IMG/VR virus record: IMGVR_UViG_3300045988_138376
DNA: 64,000 nt
Direction: 5' to 3' (one strand)
Source of the DNA: a virus
The notes beneath the pieces were generated by a model. The model was given only the letters and a program-made list of their open reading frames with translations, made no database searches and was not told where the DNA came from. Position 1 is the stretch's first letter. The number at the start of each line of letters is the position of its first letter. The position numbers were made by a program, and so were the translations under genes. Below are positions 32,901 to 41,325 of the stretch, in pieces.

Positions 32901-35603
32901 AGCAAGTTTCTTTATATCCTCTGACATTTCAGTTCTTGTTTTAGTCAACTTGCTTAAAGCTTTGTCATAATCATTGAAGTCAGAAGAATAAGGGCGCATT
33001 AATTCCCTCAAACCTCCACCACCAGTAGCAGCAGTTTTTCTACCGAGAACGTCTAACGCTTTTAATTTCTCAACGGCTGTTCCTGCACTATTTTGTATTG
33101 CAATGATCTGCTGTCGGACATCAGGATCTAAATTTTTAGCTGTTTGAAGAAAAACATTGAGTTTCCCATTTGCATCAAGCCAAATATTACCCATATTATT
33201 AGCTTGTTTATTATATTCAGCTTGAAATTCCGATAGCTCTGCTGCCTTTTCAATCATTCCTGTACTAAACCAAGACTCTTGCCTCTTTGCTAACCAATTT
33301 AAATAATTAGTTTGTTCTAACTTCTTATTAAACTCCTCTTGTGCTTTAGTCAAATCTACAGTACCATCTTTCTGTGTAATAATGCTATTATATACTGTCG
33401 GATGATTAATTCTCAATTCTTCTAACAAGGCATTTCGTTTTGCCGAAGATTCGTTGTTTTCTTTTTGAGCTTCTGTATATTCCTTAGTTCCTTCTTTAAA
33501 CTGCTGCATTGCAGAAGCAGATTCTTTTATTTTCGCATTATATTCCTTAATTTTAGAGGAGATAGAATCTATTTCATTCTTTTGTCTTGCTAAAGAATTT
33601 GTTAATATGTCATATTTAGCTTTTGCTTCTTCAATCTTACTATTGTATTCTGTAGCTGCATATATTGCTGTAGCAATACCAGTTGCCAAAAGTAAATAAG
33701 GATTGCCTTTTGCAAAAGATAATAAGTTTTTAAGCCCTGTAACTGTTCCTCCGATAGCCTTGTTAACTCTTCCTGAATTGGCGATTATTTCTCCCTGTGA
33801 TGCCGCGAAAGCCTTATTAGCGATGGTAGCTAAAACTATTTTTCCAGTATATAAAACGAACCCAGTTGCTACGGATTTTAATAAAACTGCAAAAACTTCC
33901 CAACTCTCTACAATGCCTCGAACAATCGCAACCAAATCTTTTAGAACACCGTCATTAGCTTTTCCAATCTCGTTAAACATAACATCGAAGCTATCTTGGA
34001 GGTTGGAAATTTGACCTTGCAAAGTTTCAGCTTGTATTTCTTGCATATTATAGAAGATTCCTCCGGCAGAAGTTATCCTCTTAAATACTTCTTCGACATC
34101 CTCAAAGGCAACCATTCTATTAGATACCATATCGAAGACTTCTCCAACAGATACCATTCGTCCTTCTAATTCAGTGAAATATGTTGCCAATTCACCTAAT
34201 ATATTAATACCAGCTTCACTAAACTGTCTTAATTCCGTTCCTCGTAGATAATTAGCTGCCTTAACCTGACCAAAGGCTAAAATCAAGCGATCCATTTCAA
34301 CACCCAAGCCGCTTGATATATCAGCAAGCATTTTTGTTGTATCGTACAGTTTTTCTGTTTCAATACGATATGCAGCCAATTGCTTTGTATATGTAACCAA
34401 TTCCTTAACTCTATAAGGAGACCTAACAGCCAATTCGACAACTTGATTAAATAATTGGTCAGCTTGATCTTTGTTTTGAAGAATAGCTTGTAATGCGCGG
34501 TTCTGCAATTCAAATTCCCCTCGCACCTGTACCAATTTACCAATATACCCTTCAATTGCGGCCACACTGAAAAGAAGACCTAATTTACGCTCCAATTGCG
34601 CAGAAGTATCGAGTATGCGGCTTTGATTTTTCTTCAAATTGTTCATGCTATTTGCTGTAGCATTATTAACCGCATTTAGTCTTTGGGTTTCAGCAGTTAT
34701 TTTCTGCAATTGAACCGTATAATTCTTTCCAGTAGCATTTAATTGTTCTTGGGCGCTTCTTAATTTGGCTAATTTATTAATACGTTGGGCGATGGTTCCC
34801 TCAGATGCAGCCATAGCTCTATTGTAAGCTTGCATGGCTTGTGCAGCTTGCTGATCTGATTTCCTATTTTGTTCTCTATTAAGTTTTTCTTGTGCTTTAG
34901 CTAATTTCTCTGCTTCTGCCGCAGCCTTCTCTTCAGCTTGCGCCATTTTATAAGCCTTCTCAAAAGCTGCATCCATCATCTTCTGTTGCTGCTGTAAAGC
35001 CGAACTTCCTGTTTTGAATGAAGAATTTAATTGGTCTAATGCAATAGAAGTGTTACCGATTGTTTTTTTGTAATTTTCCCAAGAAGCGGCTGTAGCAAGA
35101 ATGCTTCTTCTTTCTTGCTCTAATACAGCTAATTCAGCTTGAATTTGAGGAGTAAGTGATTTCCCTGCTGAGGCTTCTTTTATTGTAGAACCACTAATAA
35201 ATCCGCCTCCCTTATTTTTCAAATTGGCAATTTGAGAATCCAATTTAGATACTGCCGAAGTCGAATCATTTAACAAGTTTTTAAGCGATTCTATTTTTTT
35301 ATTGATAACATCGACGGGAGATTGGGACACTCTATTTAGTTGCTCTGCCACATTAGCCACACTTTTAGCTACTTTTTCTGTGCCAGATGTATCAAGCTTA
35401 GGCATCAAATCTTTAATGCCTTTATTCGCTGTTTTTAATTGTTGTAATAATGGGTTAAGCCCATCTGCCATTTCTTGAAAAGCCGACTTCATTAGCTTTT
35501 TAGTATTCTCACTCGTTTTAGCTAATGTCTCTATTTTCTTATCTGTTTGATCCAGTTGCTTTAATACATTTTCTGGTATCTCTAAAATATATCCTTCTGC
35601 CAT
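29988..35603 (-). CDS. tail tape measure protein
   Basis: 1871 aa, very long alpha-helical and coiled sequence with a central hydrophobic segment ('GFVLYTGKIVLATIANKAF...'), immediately downstream of the chaperone pair. Confidence 0.85.
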   Translation of the reverse strand: MAEGYILEIPENVLKQLDQTDKKIETLAKTSENTKKLMKSAFQEMADGLNPLLQQLKTANKGIKDLMPKLDTSGTEKVAKSVANVAEQLNRVSQSPVDVINKKIESLKNLLNDSTSAVSKLDSQIANLKNKGGGFISGSTIKEASAGKSLTPQIQAELAVLEQERRSILATAASWENYKKTIGNTSIALDQLNSSFKTGSSALQQQQKMMDAAFEKAYKMAQAEEKAAAEAEKLAKAQEKLNREQNRKSDQQAAQAMQAYNRAMAASEGTIAQRINKLAKLRSAQEQLNATGKNYTVQLQKITAETQRLNAVNNATANSMNNLKKNQSRILDTSAQLERKLGLLFSVAAIEGYIGKLVQVRGEFELQNRALQAILQNKDQADQLFNQVVELAVRSPYRVKELVTYTKQLAAYRIETEKLYDTTKMLADISSGLGVEMDRLILAFGQVKAANYLRGTELRQFSEAGINILGELATYFTELEGRMVSVGEVFDMVSNRMVAFEDVEEVFKRITSAGGIFYNMQEIQAETLQGQISNLQDSFDVMFNEIGKANDGVLKDLVAIVRGIVESWEVFAVLLKSVATGFVLYTGKIVLATIANKAFAASQGEIIANSGRVNKAIGGTVTGLKNLLSFAKGNPYLLLATGIATAIYAATEYNSKIEEAKAKYDILTNSLARQKNEIDSISSKIKEYNAKIKESASAMQQFKEGTKEYTEAQKENNESSAKRNALLEELRINHPTVYNSIITQKDGTVDLTKAQEEFNKKLEQTNYLNWLAKRQESWFSTGMIEKAAELSEFQAEYNKQANNMGNIWLDANGKLNVFLQTAKNLDPDVRQQIIAIQNSAGTAVEKLKALDVLGRKTAATGGGGLRELMRPYSSDFNDYDKALSKLTKTRTEMSEDIKKLATDFKKTYNIATEEGRKAAQETLRDYINSINIADEETRKFVSQEFTVKFGVEIASKPIINQYQGMQARLKKYVEDHKLELDIIKPDQGTKDYFDKLKAELKDSQSNVEKLNVATEQLNASMTNEEALKYNKERVKQLTQILSAFGEMPKSNKGENERNKTLQQQIDLLKKVGQEYQKNLKYYSKAEALEKTRKDYTDSFKEAGLGNLITTMNFDPSGIIAGLESLMSSVSPKMRLTLEKAIADLKGDVEIDVRAKDVERTRKEIEGLFTGYELTVELGKLGLDKDLISQLFGIDTFTLDDIKAKLKSLYPDIKALSEEQLKAYNEASDKITAAEKASLQERLKDYSQYLKKSMSERIKIELEAQKKIAEIPSEFTKPQKEQIKKDIQKETRQKLDKQSFAEFKESDLYITMFEDLDRVSSSVLEQMKAKLISLKEYLKDLSPTELKEITSQMQKIDEQIEKRNPFKDLLPNIKEYIGYLKEKKNLEAEYTDESKTLEQYKQQQTLAENNVISAQKQYDVAVKKYGINSKEANLAKENLRIAQQALDIANNNVKSQGEVVKALIKQIKYGETLKDKLQAVLLLIGRYADEVGQTISDVATSMENVFGKMDAKAADSIGSLQEILSGVGDTAAGVARVMVNPADIGGYLQGITGLAKTIGAFFNIGDKKKERQIQREIEKIENLDKAYKKLEKSIEAAYSVDTFQESNRLAQENVKAQIKSYEQMIAAEDAKKKTDKKRIKEWQGEIEKLHDLQLQLKEEALAEMGGFGTEENFKSAAQEFANAWYEAFKETGDGMKGLETTFQDFMDNVVKKQLLFRGTETILKPLLGMIDEAVKDSILTKDELSGIMDKFNTDTKGALDALYKSIVENLGVLPGGNNQELSGLNAGIKGITEETAQALEALLNSMRFFVADSNVQLKTLSAIGSFDVEANPLLGELVAQTRVLRDINSKLESVITAGGNNSVGGYSIKTVL

Positions 35604-35608
35604 CGTTT

Positions 35609-35815
35609 TTACTGTTCTTTAAATAATGGGAATCCTAAATCGCTTAATAAATCTTCTGCGGAATTGATTACAGTTACATTGTCCTCGCTTTTATTTTCAG
35701 GTAAATAAACAACTTGCGTTGAATCATGGGACGCTAAAGCTATTTGAGCCATACTCATTTTCCACATGTATTCGTCTATGGTCACAGAAGGATAAGCTTT
35801 AAGAAAATCAAACAT
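35609..35815 (-). CDS. tail assembly chaperone, frameshift-extension (T) segment
   Basis: Lies in the -1 frame relative to the upstream ORF, and that frame is open across the upstream stop (see finding). Confidence 0.55.
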   Translation of the reverse strand: MFDFLKAYPSVTIDEYMWKMSMAQIALASHDSTQVVYLPENKSEDNVTVINSAEDLLSDLGFPLFKEQ

Positions 35816-35841
35816 CTGCCCATAGCTTGTTCTGGCGACTA

Positions 35842-36324
35842 TTATTTTTGTTCGTTCATCCTTGTCTTCCTCTGTAGAGCCATCTCCTTGAATATCTGAG
35901 TCGAGTTGATAATGTAAAAAAAAACATCCACATTTATCAAATTAAGTATTTCAAATAACAACTGTCCCCATTCCTTTTCATCACATTCCCAAAAAAGGGT
36001 TTCGTATACTTTTTTATATGTTACTTCATCTTCAATATCTTCTTTCTTGTTAAGAATAGCCAATGTAATAATCCTACAAACAGAAGGTAAATTAGACGCT
36101 AATCCTTTTAACACATCACTATACGATGCTTTTTCTGCTTTACTTATTTTAACTGCTTCTTCTGCAATCATCCACATTACGGCAGGCTTCAAAGACTTTA
36201 TAGCGAACTCTGTTTTTGACAACTTAACTAAAGTTGGGCTATCTGTCATGATTTGTGCTAAACGTTCCATTGCTTCATCAGAAACAGGTTCGTTGATTGA
36301 TTTTCTTTTTATATTTTCTTTCAT
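35842..36324 (-). CDS. tail assembly chaperone (G-like)
   Basis: 160-aa acidic protein between the tail tube and tape measure genes. Ends in ...CAA AAA TAA. Confidence 0.6.
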   Translation of the reverse strand: MKENIKRKSINEPVSDEAMERLAQIMTDSPTLVKLSKTEFAIKSLKPAVMWMIAEEAVKISKAEKASYSDVLKGLASNLPSVCRIITLAILNKKEDIEDEVTYKKVYETLFWECDEKEWGQLLFEILNLINVDVFFYIINSTQIFKEMALQRKTRMNEQK

Positions 36325-36342
36325 GTTATTACTTATGAAATA

Positions 36343-36371
36343 GGGGGAAGGAGTTTAATTCTCCCACCCCC
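36343..36371 (-). terminator. possible attenuator hairpin after the tail tube gene
   Basis: GGGGG-AA-GGAG / CTCC-CA-CCCCC stem with a 7-nt loop and a weak T tract. Confidence 0.3.
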
Positions 36372-36484
36372 CCTATATAGTTAGATGATATTACTTTTTC
36401 TCGCTCTTGTTTTAGGAGACAATAAAATAGCGTCTTCTCCGTTCAGGATATTTAGGGAATTAGCCGGAGTTACCGATTCCCTCG

Positions 36485-37063
36485 TTACCCCCCCACAGTT
36501 GTAGGAATAGTATAATCGTAGTCGATCATAAATGGAGTCATAACTTTGCCAGAACCGTTGGTCATCTCCAACAAAGATCCTGTACCAGCTAATGCAATTC
36601 GTCCAATAGAGGTACTTAAAGAGTCAATTGTTACAGTTGGGCTCATCTGAACTTTAGGCAGAATACATGCAATGTATTTCCCATCTGTACCCTGAAATAC
36701 CAAAGCAAATTCAGCATATTTAGTAACATATCCGCTTGGGGCATATACCTTTTTATTATCTGTACCTACTGTAAATCCTAAAAGATCTTTCAATAAGTCG
36801 GGCTGCAAATCGGCAATTTCTGTAGCTACAGAATACTGTCCAGCTTGAATATTGTTAATAATTGGTGCAGAAGACAATTCATTCTCTACTGGGTTCTCGG
36901 TGTTTTCCTCCTGTGTAATAGAGGTTGAGTCCCGGATAATTTCCTCACATTGATATACATTTGTTCCTTTTGTCGTTTCGTCTGTAAAAGGAGTAATAAA
37001 AATGTATTTCGGGTTAAAAACCTTCTTCGATTTTGCGGATGTTTTTACAACTGTTGTTGCCAT
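36485..37063 (-). CDS. major tail (tube) protein
   Basis: 192 aa. Assigned by its position upstream of the chaperones and tape measure. Confidence 0.6.
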   Translation of the reverse strand: MATTVVKTSAKSKKVFNPKYIFITPFTDETTKGTNVYQCEEIIRDSTSITQEENTENPVENELSSAPIINNIQAGQYSVATEIADLQPDLLKDLLGFTVGTDNKKVYAPSGYVTKYAEFALVFQGTDGKYIACILPKVQMSPTVTIDSLSTSIGRIALAGTGSLLEMTNGSGKVMTPFMIDYDYTIPTTVGG

Positions 37064-37075
37064 AATTTTTATTAT

Positions 37076-37468
37076 TTAAGCGGTTAAAATTTGAATTTCT
37101 ACAATATTGTAATGTAATTTAGCATTGGAATCATAGCCTGAACGCGTACCTCTCCTGATTAATTGATAAGCAGGATTTTCATTTGAAAAAAGTATTTCAT
37201 TCAAGGTAGTTTCCATTTTAGAGAGTACGGGAACGTTTTTTGCGCCAGAGGACATTGGCTTGGCATATAACCAAATTGCTATTGTGCCAAAACCATAAGC
37301 CGACAAGTCGCGTATCAAATAAGAACAATCAACCAAAAGTAAATCTTTCCACGAGTCTTTTATGACTGGCGGCAATGTATCAAAGAAAACATTTGCTGAA
37401 ACCTTATTCCCCAACAAGGAATCAAGGTAAGCTTCTATATTTGATATGTTTAACTTATTTTTATCCAT
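37076..37468 (-). CDS. tail terminator / tail completion protein (positional)
   Basis: 130 aa, last of four small genes between the capsid and tube genes. Confidence 0.4.
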   Translation of the reverse strand: MDKNKLNISNIEAYLDSLLGNKVSANVFFDTLPPVIKDSWKDLLLVDCSYLIRDLSAYGFGTIAIWLYAKPMSSGAKNVPVLSKMETTLNEILFSNENPAYQLIRRGTRSGYDSNAKLHYNIVEIQILTA

Positions 37469-37916
37469 TTCCTATTGTCTTTACTTTTGAACCTTTTATC
37501 TTCGACGACAATAATGAAATATCATCTCCAATCATAAAGATCACTTTATATTTTCTTTTTAAAGGAGATTCGCCTGCCTCTAATATTCCCCCATAGAACA
37601 AAGCAACAGCAACTACTAATTGCATCCCTTTAGATGGTGGATTATATTTAGAGAAAAACTCCTCAATTGACTGTCTTCCTGTTATGTAACGCCCATTAAC
37701 TTTTACACCCTTATCCGTAGCTAAACGATCTAAAAATCTTGTTGTTTGCGGATATATTTTTCCGTTATAAAAGACTGCGCTACCGTAACTATCATGGAGG
37801 TTTTGAGTTTCGTTTTTACTATAATCCGCTTCTTCAAAAGCCTGATGTATCAACTTATCTCCATCGGAAGCCAGTTTCATGGCTAATTGATGTACATAAT
37901 TAGAAGAAACCTTCAT
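37461..37916 (-). CDS. head-tail joining / neck protein (positional)
   Basis: 151 aa, overlapping its neighbours. Confidence 0.4.
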   Translation of the reverse strand: MKVSSNYVHQLAMKLASDGDKLIHQAFEEADYSKNETQNLHDSYGSAVFYNGKIYPQTTRFLDRLATDKGVKVNGRYITGRQSIEEFFSKYNPPSKGMQLVVAVALFYGGILEAGESPLKRKYKVIFMIGDDISLLSSKIKGSKVKTIGNG

Positions 37917-38263
37917 TATTCTTCCTGTGTATAAGTTGTTATGTAAACCGAAACACCTCCTAATTGAGTTGGGAATAAACCAATTACTCGACCTTCGACT
38001 GACATTCCAAACATTTCCCCTCTGAATAGCATTCCTTTTTTTATGGTAATGCCTTGTTTTTTATCAAAAGGATAATATACTTCAAAAGCATTTGAGATGA
38101 TAGTATTATCACTTTTCTTTGCTTCTTGTATATCACATTTGGTTTCTAATACCAAGATTTCCTCTTCGACTCTTTCCGTCAACGGCTTAGTCATATCTAT
38201 GTCGTATGTATAGAAAGAACCATTGAAAGGATATTCTTGTATTAAGTCTCTGTCAATAATCAT
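37916..38263 (-). CDS. head closure / connector protein (positional)
   Basis: 115 aa, overlapping its neighbours. Confidence 0.4.
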   Translation of the reverse strand: MIIDRDLIQEYPFNGSFYTYDIDMTKPLTERVEEEILVLETKCDIQEAKKSDNTIISNAFEVYYPFDKKQGITIKKGMLFRGEMFGMSVEGRVIGLFPTQLGGVSVYITTYTQEE

Positions 38264-38625
38264 TAGTCATATTCATTAATCCATTGTACACCCAAGTTTG
38301 ATAGCTCTGATAGTTTAGGATCGTCCCATTTCTTATATAACCCAATTAAAATATTATAGACTTCTTTCTTTGTATCATAACGCTGGCTCCCAATCGTTTT
38401 CGTAAATGCGCCATGCTGTTGAGTTGAACTCGCAGTATAATTAGGGGCTGTATAAATCACGAACAATAAATCAGCAAGACAAAGATCTTTTTGTTTTTCT
38501 GTCAAAGATTTATAATCTGTAACGTCGATAACTTCTCTTTCTATTGCGATACGGGTTAAGACTGCCCTGTCAAAGACGAAGGCAGTCAAACCAGAAAGAT
38601 ATTCTATAACATCGAATTGCGTCAT
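38263..38625 (-). CDS. head-tail adaptor (positional)
   Basis: 120 aa, immediately after the capsid gene. Confidence 0.4.
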   Translation of the reverse strand: MTQFDVIEYLSGLTAFVFDRAVLTRIAIEREVIDVTDYKSLTEKQKDLCLADLLFVIYTAPNYTASSTQQHGAFTKTIGSQRYDTKKEVYNILIGLYKKWDDPKLSELSNLGVQWINEYD

Positions 38626-39797
38626 GAGTTTGCAGATGTAGTATCAACAATAACGTGATATGGGAACTCGTTCAATGACGGAACGGCCGACATAATCAAA
38701 TCGGTATGCCATTCTTTATACATTCCATTAGGTACAGTTGTATTTACCAATGTATAAATACCACCTTCCATCTGAGCGAATGATTTAGTAATGGAATTAT
38801 TACCGTATTTTTCAAACATTACTACGTCCAAAATATCAGTATACTGAATTTCCCCAGCAAATCCCGCAGGGCGTAGAACAGCAGCTTTCGAATCCCATCC
38901 ATTAACGAACTTACCAGTCATATTATCCCAACTGATGTCCTTTTGTTTTTCAACAACAATCTCAATTGGAGACAAATCGGGATAATTAGCATAAACAACA
39001 CTGTTGAAGATTTCCTCAGTAACAGGCATTGAGTCCAAGAAAACCTTATCATTTAGCGTATAGTATTGTTTCACCAGCTCGCGAACTTCTTTGTTCTTCA
39101 AAACGACATCCATATACATCTTATACGGAATCTGCCATTTCATTGGGCCATTATAACCTTTTGTATCGCGGAAGTCAACCTCAATAGTACGCATTTGACT
39201 AAGTAGATTACAATCTGCGGCAGTCCAAACCTTAGCACCTGCTTTCTTGAAGTTTTCTGATGGGATTTCTGCTTTCTGCAAAGCGCCCTTCATTCCACGT
39301 CCAAAACTATAAGAACACTGACCCTTTGAAATAAGCTGTGCGCCCAAATTAGTTAAGGTCTGGTCAGCAGCGTCGATCTGCATCTGAACATCGTCCATCC
39401 ACTCGCTAATCAAGAAAGCGTCATTCCCGAATTGAGCAAAAAGACGTTCTTTGTATTCACGCTGCGGAGCAGTTTCTACAATACCGGGAGCAATAAAATC
39501 AGGTATAGTAGCAGAATACCAAGAAATTCCCTTGTAATCCAAAGGTACAGAATCGCCAAGAGGCGCACGCATATCCATCATTGGAGTAGCGGTTCTGTCT
39601 TTAGCCTGTACTGTAAAGGTTGCAGTACCATCAGCTGCTACGGGGGTAGCATTGCTGGCTTTCGTAAATTGGGTTTTCCACCATCCGTAATTTGTGCGAA
39701 GCAAACCCGATTCGTCAATCAAAGAGCGCAAAAAACGCACATCAGAATCAGTCCACAAACGAGCATATCTATTATTATTAAAATCAAACTTTGGCAT
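38622..39797 (-). CDS. major capsid protein (lambda gpE-like placement)
   Basis: 391 aa. The gene order scaffold, 240-aa protein, this gene mirrors lambda Nu3-D-E. Confidence 0.7.
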   Translation of the reverse strand: MPKFDFNNNRYARLWTDSDVRFLRSLIDESGLLRTNYGWWKTQFTKASNATPVAADGTATFTVQAKDRTATPMMDMRAPLGDSVPLDYKGISWYSATIPDFIAPGIVETAPQREYKERLFAQFGNDAFLISEWMDDVQMQIDAADQTLTNLGAQLISKGQCSYSFGRGMKGALQKAEIPSENFKKAGAKVWTAADCNLLSQMRTIEVDFRDTKGYNGPMKWQIPYKMYMDVVLKNKEVRELVKQYYTLNDKVFLDSMPVTEEIFNSVVYANYPDLSPIEIVVEKQKDISWDNMTGKFVNGWDSKAAVLRPAGFAGEIQYTDILDVVMFEKYGNNSITKSFAQMEGGIYTLVNTTVPNGMYKEWHTDLIMSAVPSLNEFPYHVIVDTTSANS

Positions 39798-39814
39798 TTT
39801 CTATTTCCTTTCTT

Positions 39815-40537
39815 TTAAAGTTCAAACCATCCGGTTACTAATGATTTATTTCTCGCGTCAAGTACAGATTTAGGCATTGGGGACATCCGATCAATATAAG
39901 CAGTACCATGAAGCACCGGAGTCATAAAATATCTCGCTCCGTCAAAGTCTGAGTCGCCTGTAGAAGGTTCATAAAGAAAATCATAATCCGCAGGACACAT
40001 TGCATTCGGATTTGTAACCATCGGTTTTTTGCTTTCTCCGGCTTCGGCAGCTTCAACAAGGACATCACCTGCCTTTAACGCAGTCAATGTTGCAGAAAGA
40101 GTAAGTTTCCATACGTCTTTATTTGTATCAACTGTTGCCTCAACTTTTGTTACAGTTACAGCAGTACCAGTACCATCAAGAGTGGCGGGGGCTTTCATAA
40201 TAGTATCACCCACAAAAGGAATGTGCTTATAACCATCTCTTACTATATAAATTTCGGTATCAGTACCATTGGTTGTATTTTTAGCGACAACATAAGTCTT
40301 CAAGATATAACCTGTAGCACCCTTTTCACCGTCCTTATAGCGATATTCAATCAAATCGCCTGCATACATTTTGGCTGTTCCCTTAAACGGATTCATAATT
40401 TTACATCCGAAAGTAGGGAATACAAGTTCATTCTTGTTGCCTTGCAGCTTAACAAAAACGTATCTTGCGCCACCAATTTCACCTCTTCGTTGAAGAAGAG
40501 TCTTTCCTAAAAAGACACCTGCATCGGTAGAATACAT
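39815..40537 (-). CDS. auxiliary head protein (decoration-like, positional)
   Basis: 240 aa, between the scaffold and capsid genes. Confidence 0.35.
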   Translation of the reverse strand: MYSTDAGVFLGKTLLQRRGEIGGARYVFVKLQGNKNELVFPTFGCKIMNPFKGTAKMYAGDLIEYRYKDGEKGATGYILKTYVVAKNTTNGTDTEIYIVRDGYKHIPFVGDTIMKAPATLDGTGTAVTVTKVEATVDTNKDVWKLTLSATLTALKAGDVLVEAAEAGESKKPMVTNPNAMCPADYDFLYEPSTGDSDFDGARYFMTPVLHGTAYIDRMSPMPKSVLDARNKSLVTGWFEL

Positions 40538-40553
40538 ATTTTCTCTTTTTTTT

Positions 40554-41186
40554 TTAATTTAAAACTTCTTTTTTACGTTCTCTCATTTTCTTAATATCAT
40601 CCCACGTATCGGTTGCGGCTGCACTTGGGGTTTCCAAAGATTGCGGGGACATTGAAGTCGTGAAATTAGCCTGAGATTGATTGTAAATTTTCACATAAGA
40701 GTCAAGTTTTGCGTCTACGTCGAATTCTTCTGTGATATTAATCTCTTGAATGAAATCATTAATCCATGAATCGTTTTTAACGCCTTTAGTTTTTAATTTG
40801 CCTTTCAAATCTTGTTTCTTCTGAGAAATAACTTTCTCTCTCTTTTCAGCTTGCAATTCCTGTTCCAACTGTGCGAGTCTTTTTTCAAGTTCGCTTGTTC
40901 CTTCCGCAGGTTTCTGTGTAGTCTGCTGTGTGGCAGGTGATGTAGTTTGAGACTTGTAAGACTGCACGAAATCCGAATAATCTTTTTCCATGTTGCCATT
41001 TGCGGTTTTGAATAACGGCAATGCTTTTGACATAAAATCAGTCAATTCGGTTTCTTCTGTTGCTAATAATGGGGTTAGGGTTTCTAACATCTCATTAATA
41101 CTTCTCTCTGTTAAACGTAGGGTTTTCCCACCTTCTGTCAGAGCACCTTTGAGGTTTTCAAAGGCTTGCTGTTTGGTAAATTTCAT
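40554..41186 (-). CDS. scaffolding protein
   Basis: Helical and coiled ('ELEKRLAQLEQELQAEKREK'), first gene of the leftward head operon. The ATG at 41186 (MKFTKQQ) is preferred over the track start. Confidence 0.55.
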   Translation of the reverse strand: MKFTKQQAFENLKGALTEGGKTLRLTERSINEMLETLTPLLATEETELTDFMSKALPLFKTANGNMEKDYSDFVQSYKSQTTSPATQQTTQKPAEGTSELEKRLAQLEQELQAEKREKVISQKKQDLKGKLKTKGVKNDSWINDFIQEINITEEFDVDAKLDSYVKIYNQSQANFTTSMSPQSLETPSAAATDTWDDIKKMRERKKEVLN

Positions 41187-41316
41187 ACTTCGTGATATTT
41201 TAATTTGCATACAAATTAAAGCTATATATTCAACAATACAGATAAATATAGGGCTAAATCTTATCACTGGTGATAATATTTATTCATTAGTCCAAAATAT
41301 TCGCAAATTTCTATAG

Positions 41317-41324
41317 TATTTTTG
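41317..41324 (+). promoter_or_regulatory. possible -7 box TATTTTTG directly before the terminase ATGs
   Basis: It ends 1 nt before the ATG at 41326. If it is functional, the mRNA would be near-leaderless (ATG 41332). Confidence 0.3.
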
Positions 41325-41325
41325 C

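Noticed and set aside
30274-34567. Antisense or alternate-frame ORFs inside the tape measure gene (29947-30273, 30274-30798, 30875-31096, 32643-32924, 33703-34014, 34283-34567), and similar ones inside the fibre gene (49704-49949, 50749-51084, 51511-51798 and others).
   Set aside because: They are embedded in long, well-supported genes. Their composition is low-complexity or biased, and they have no start context.
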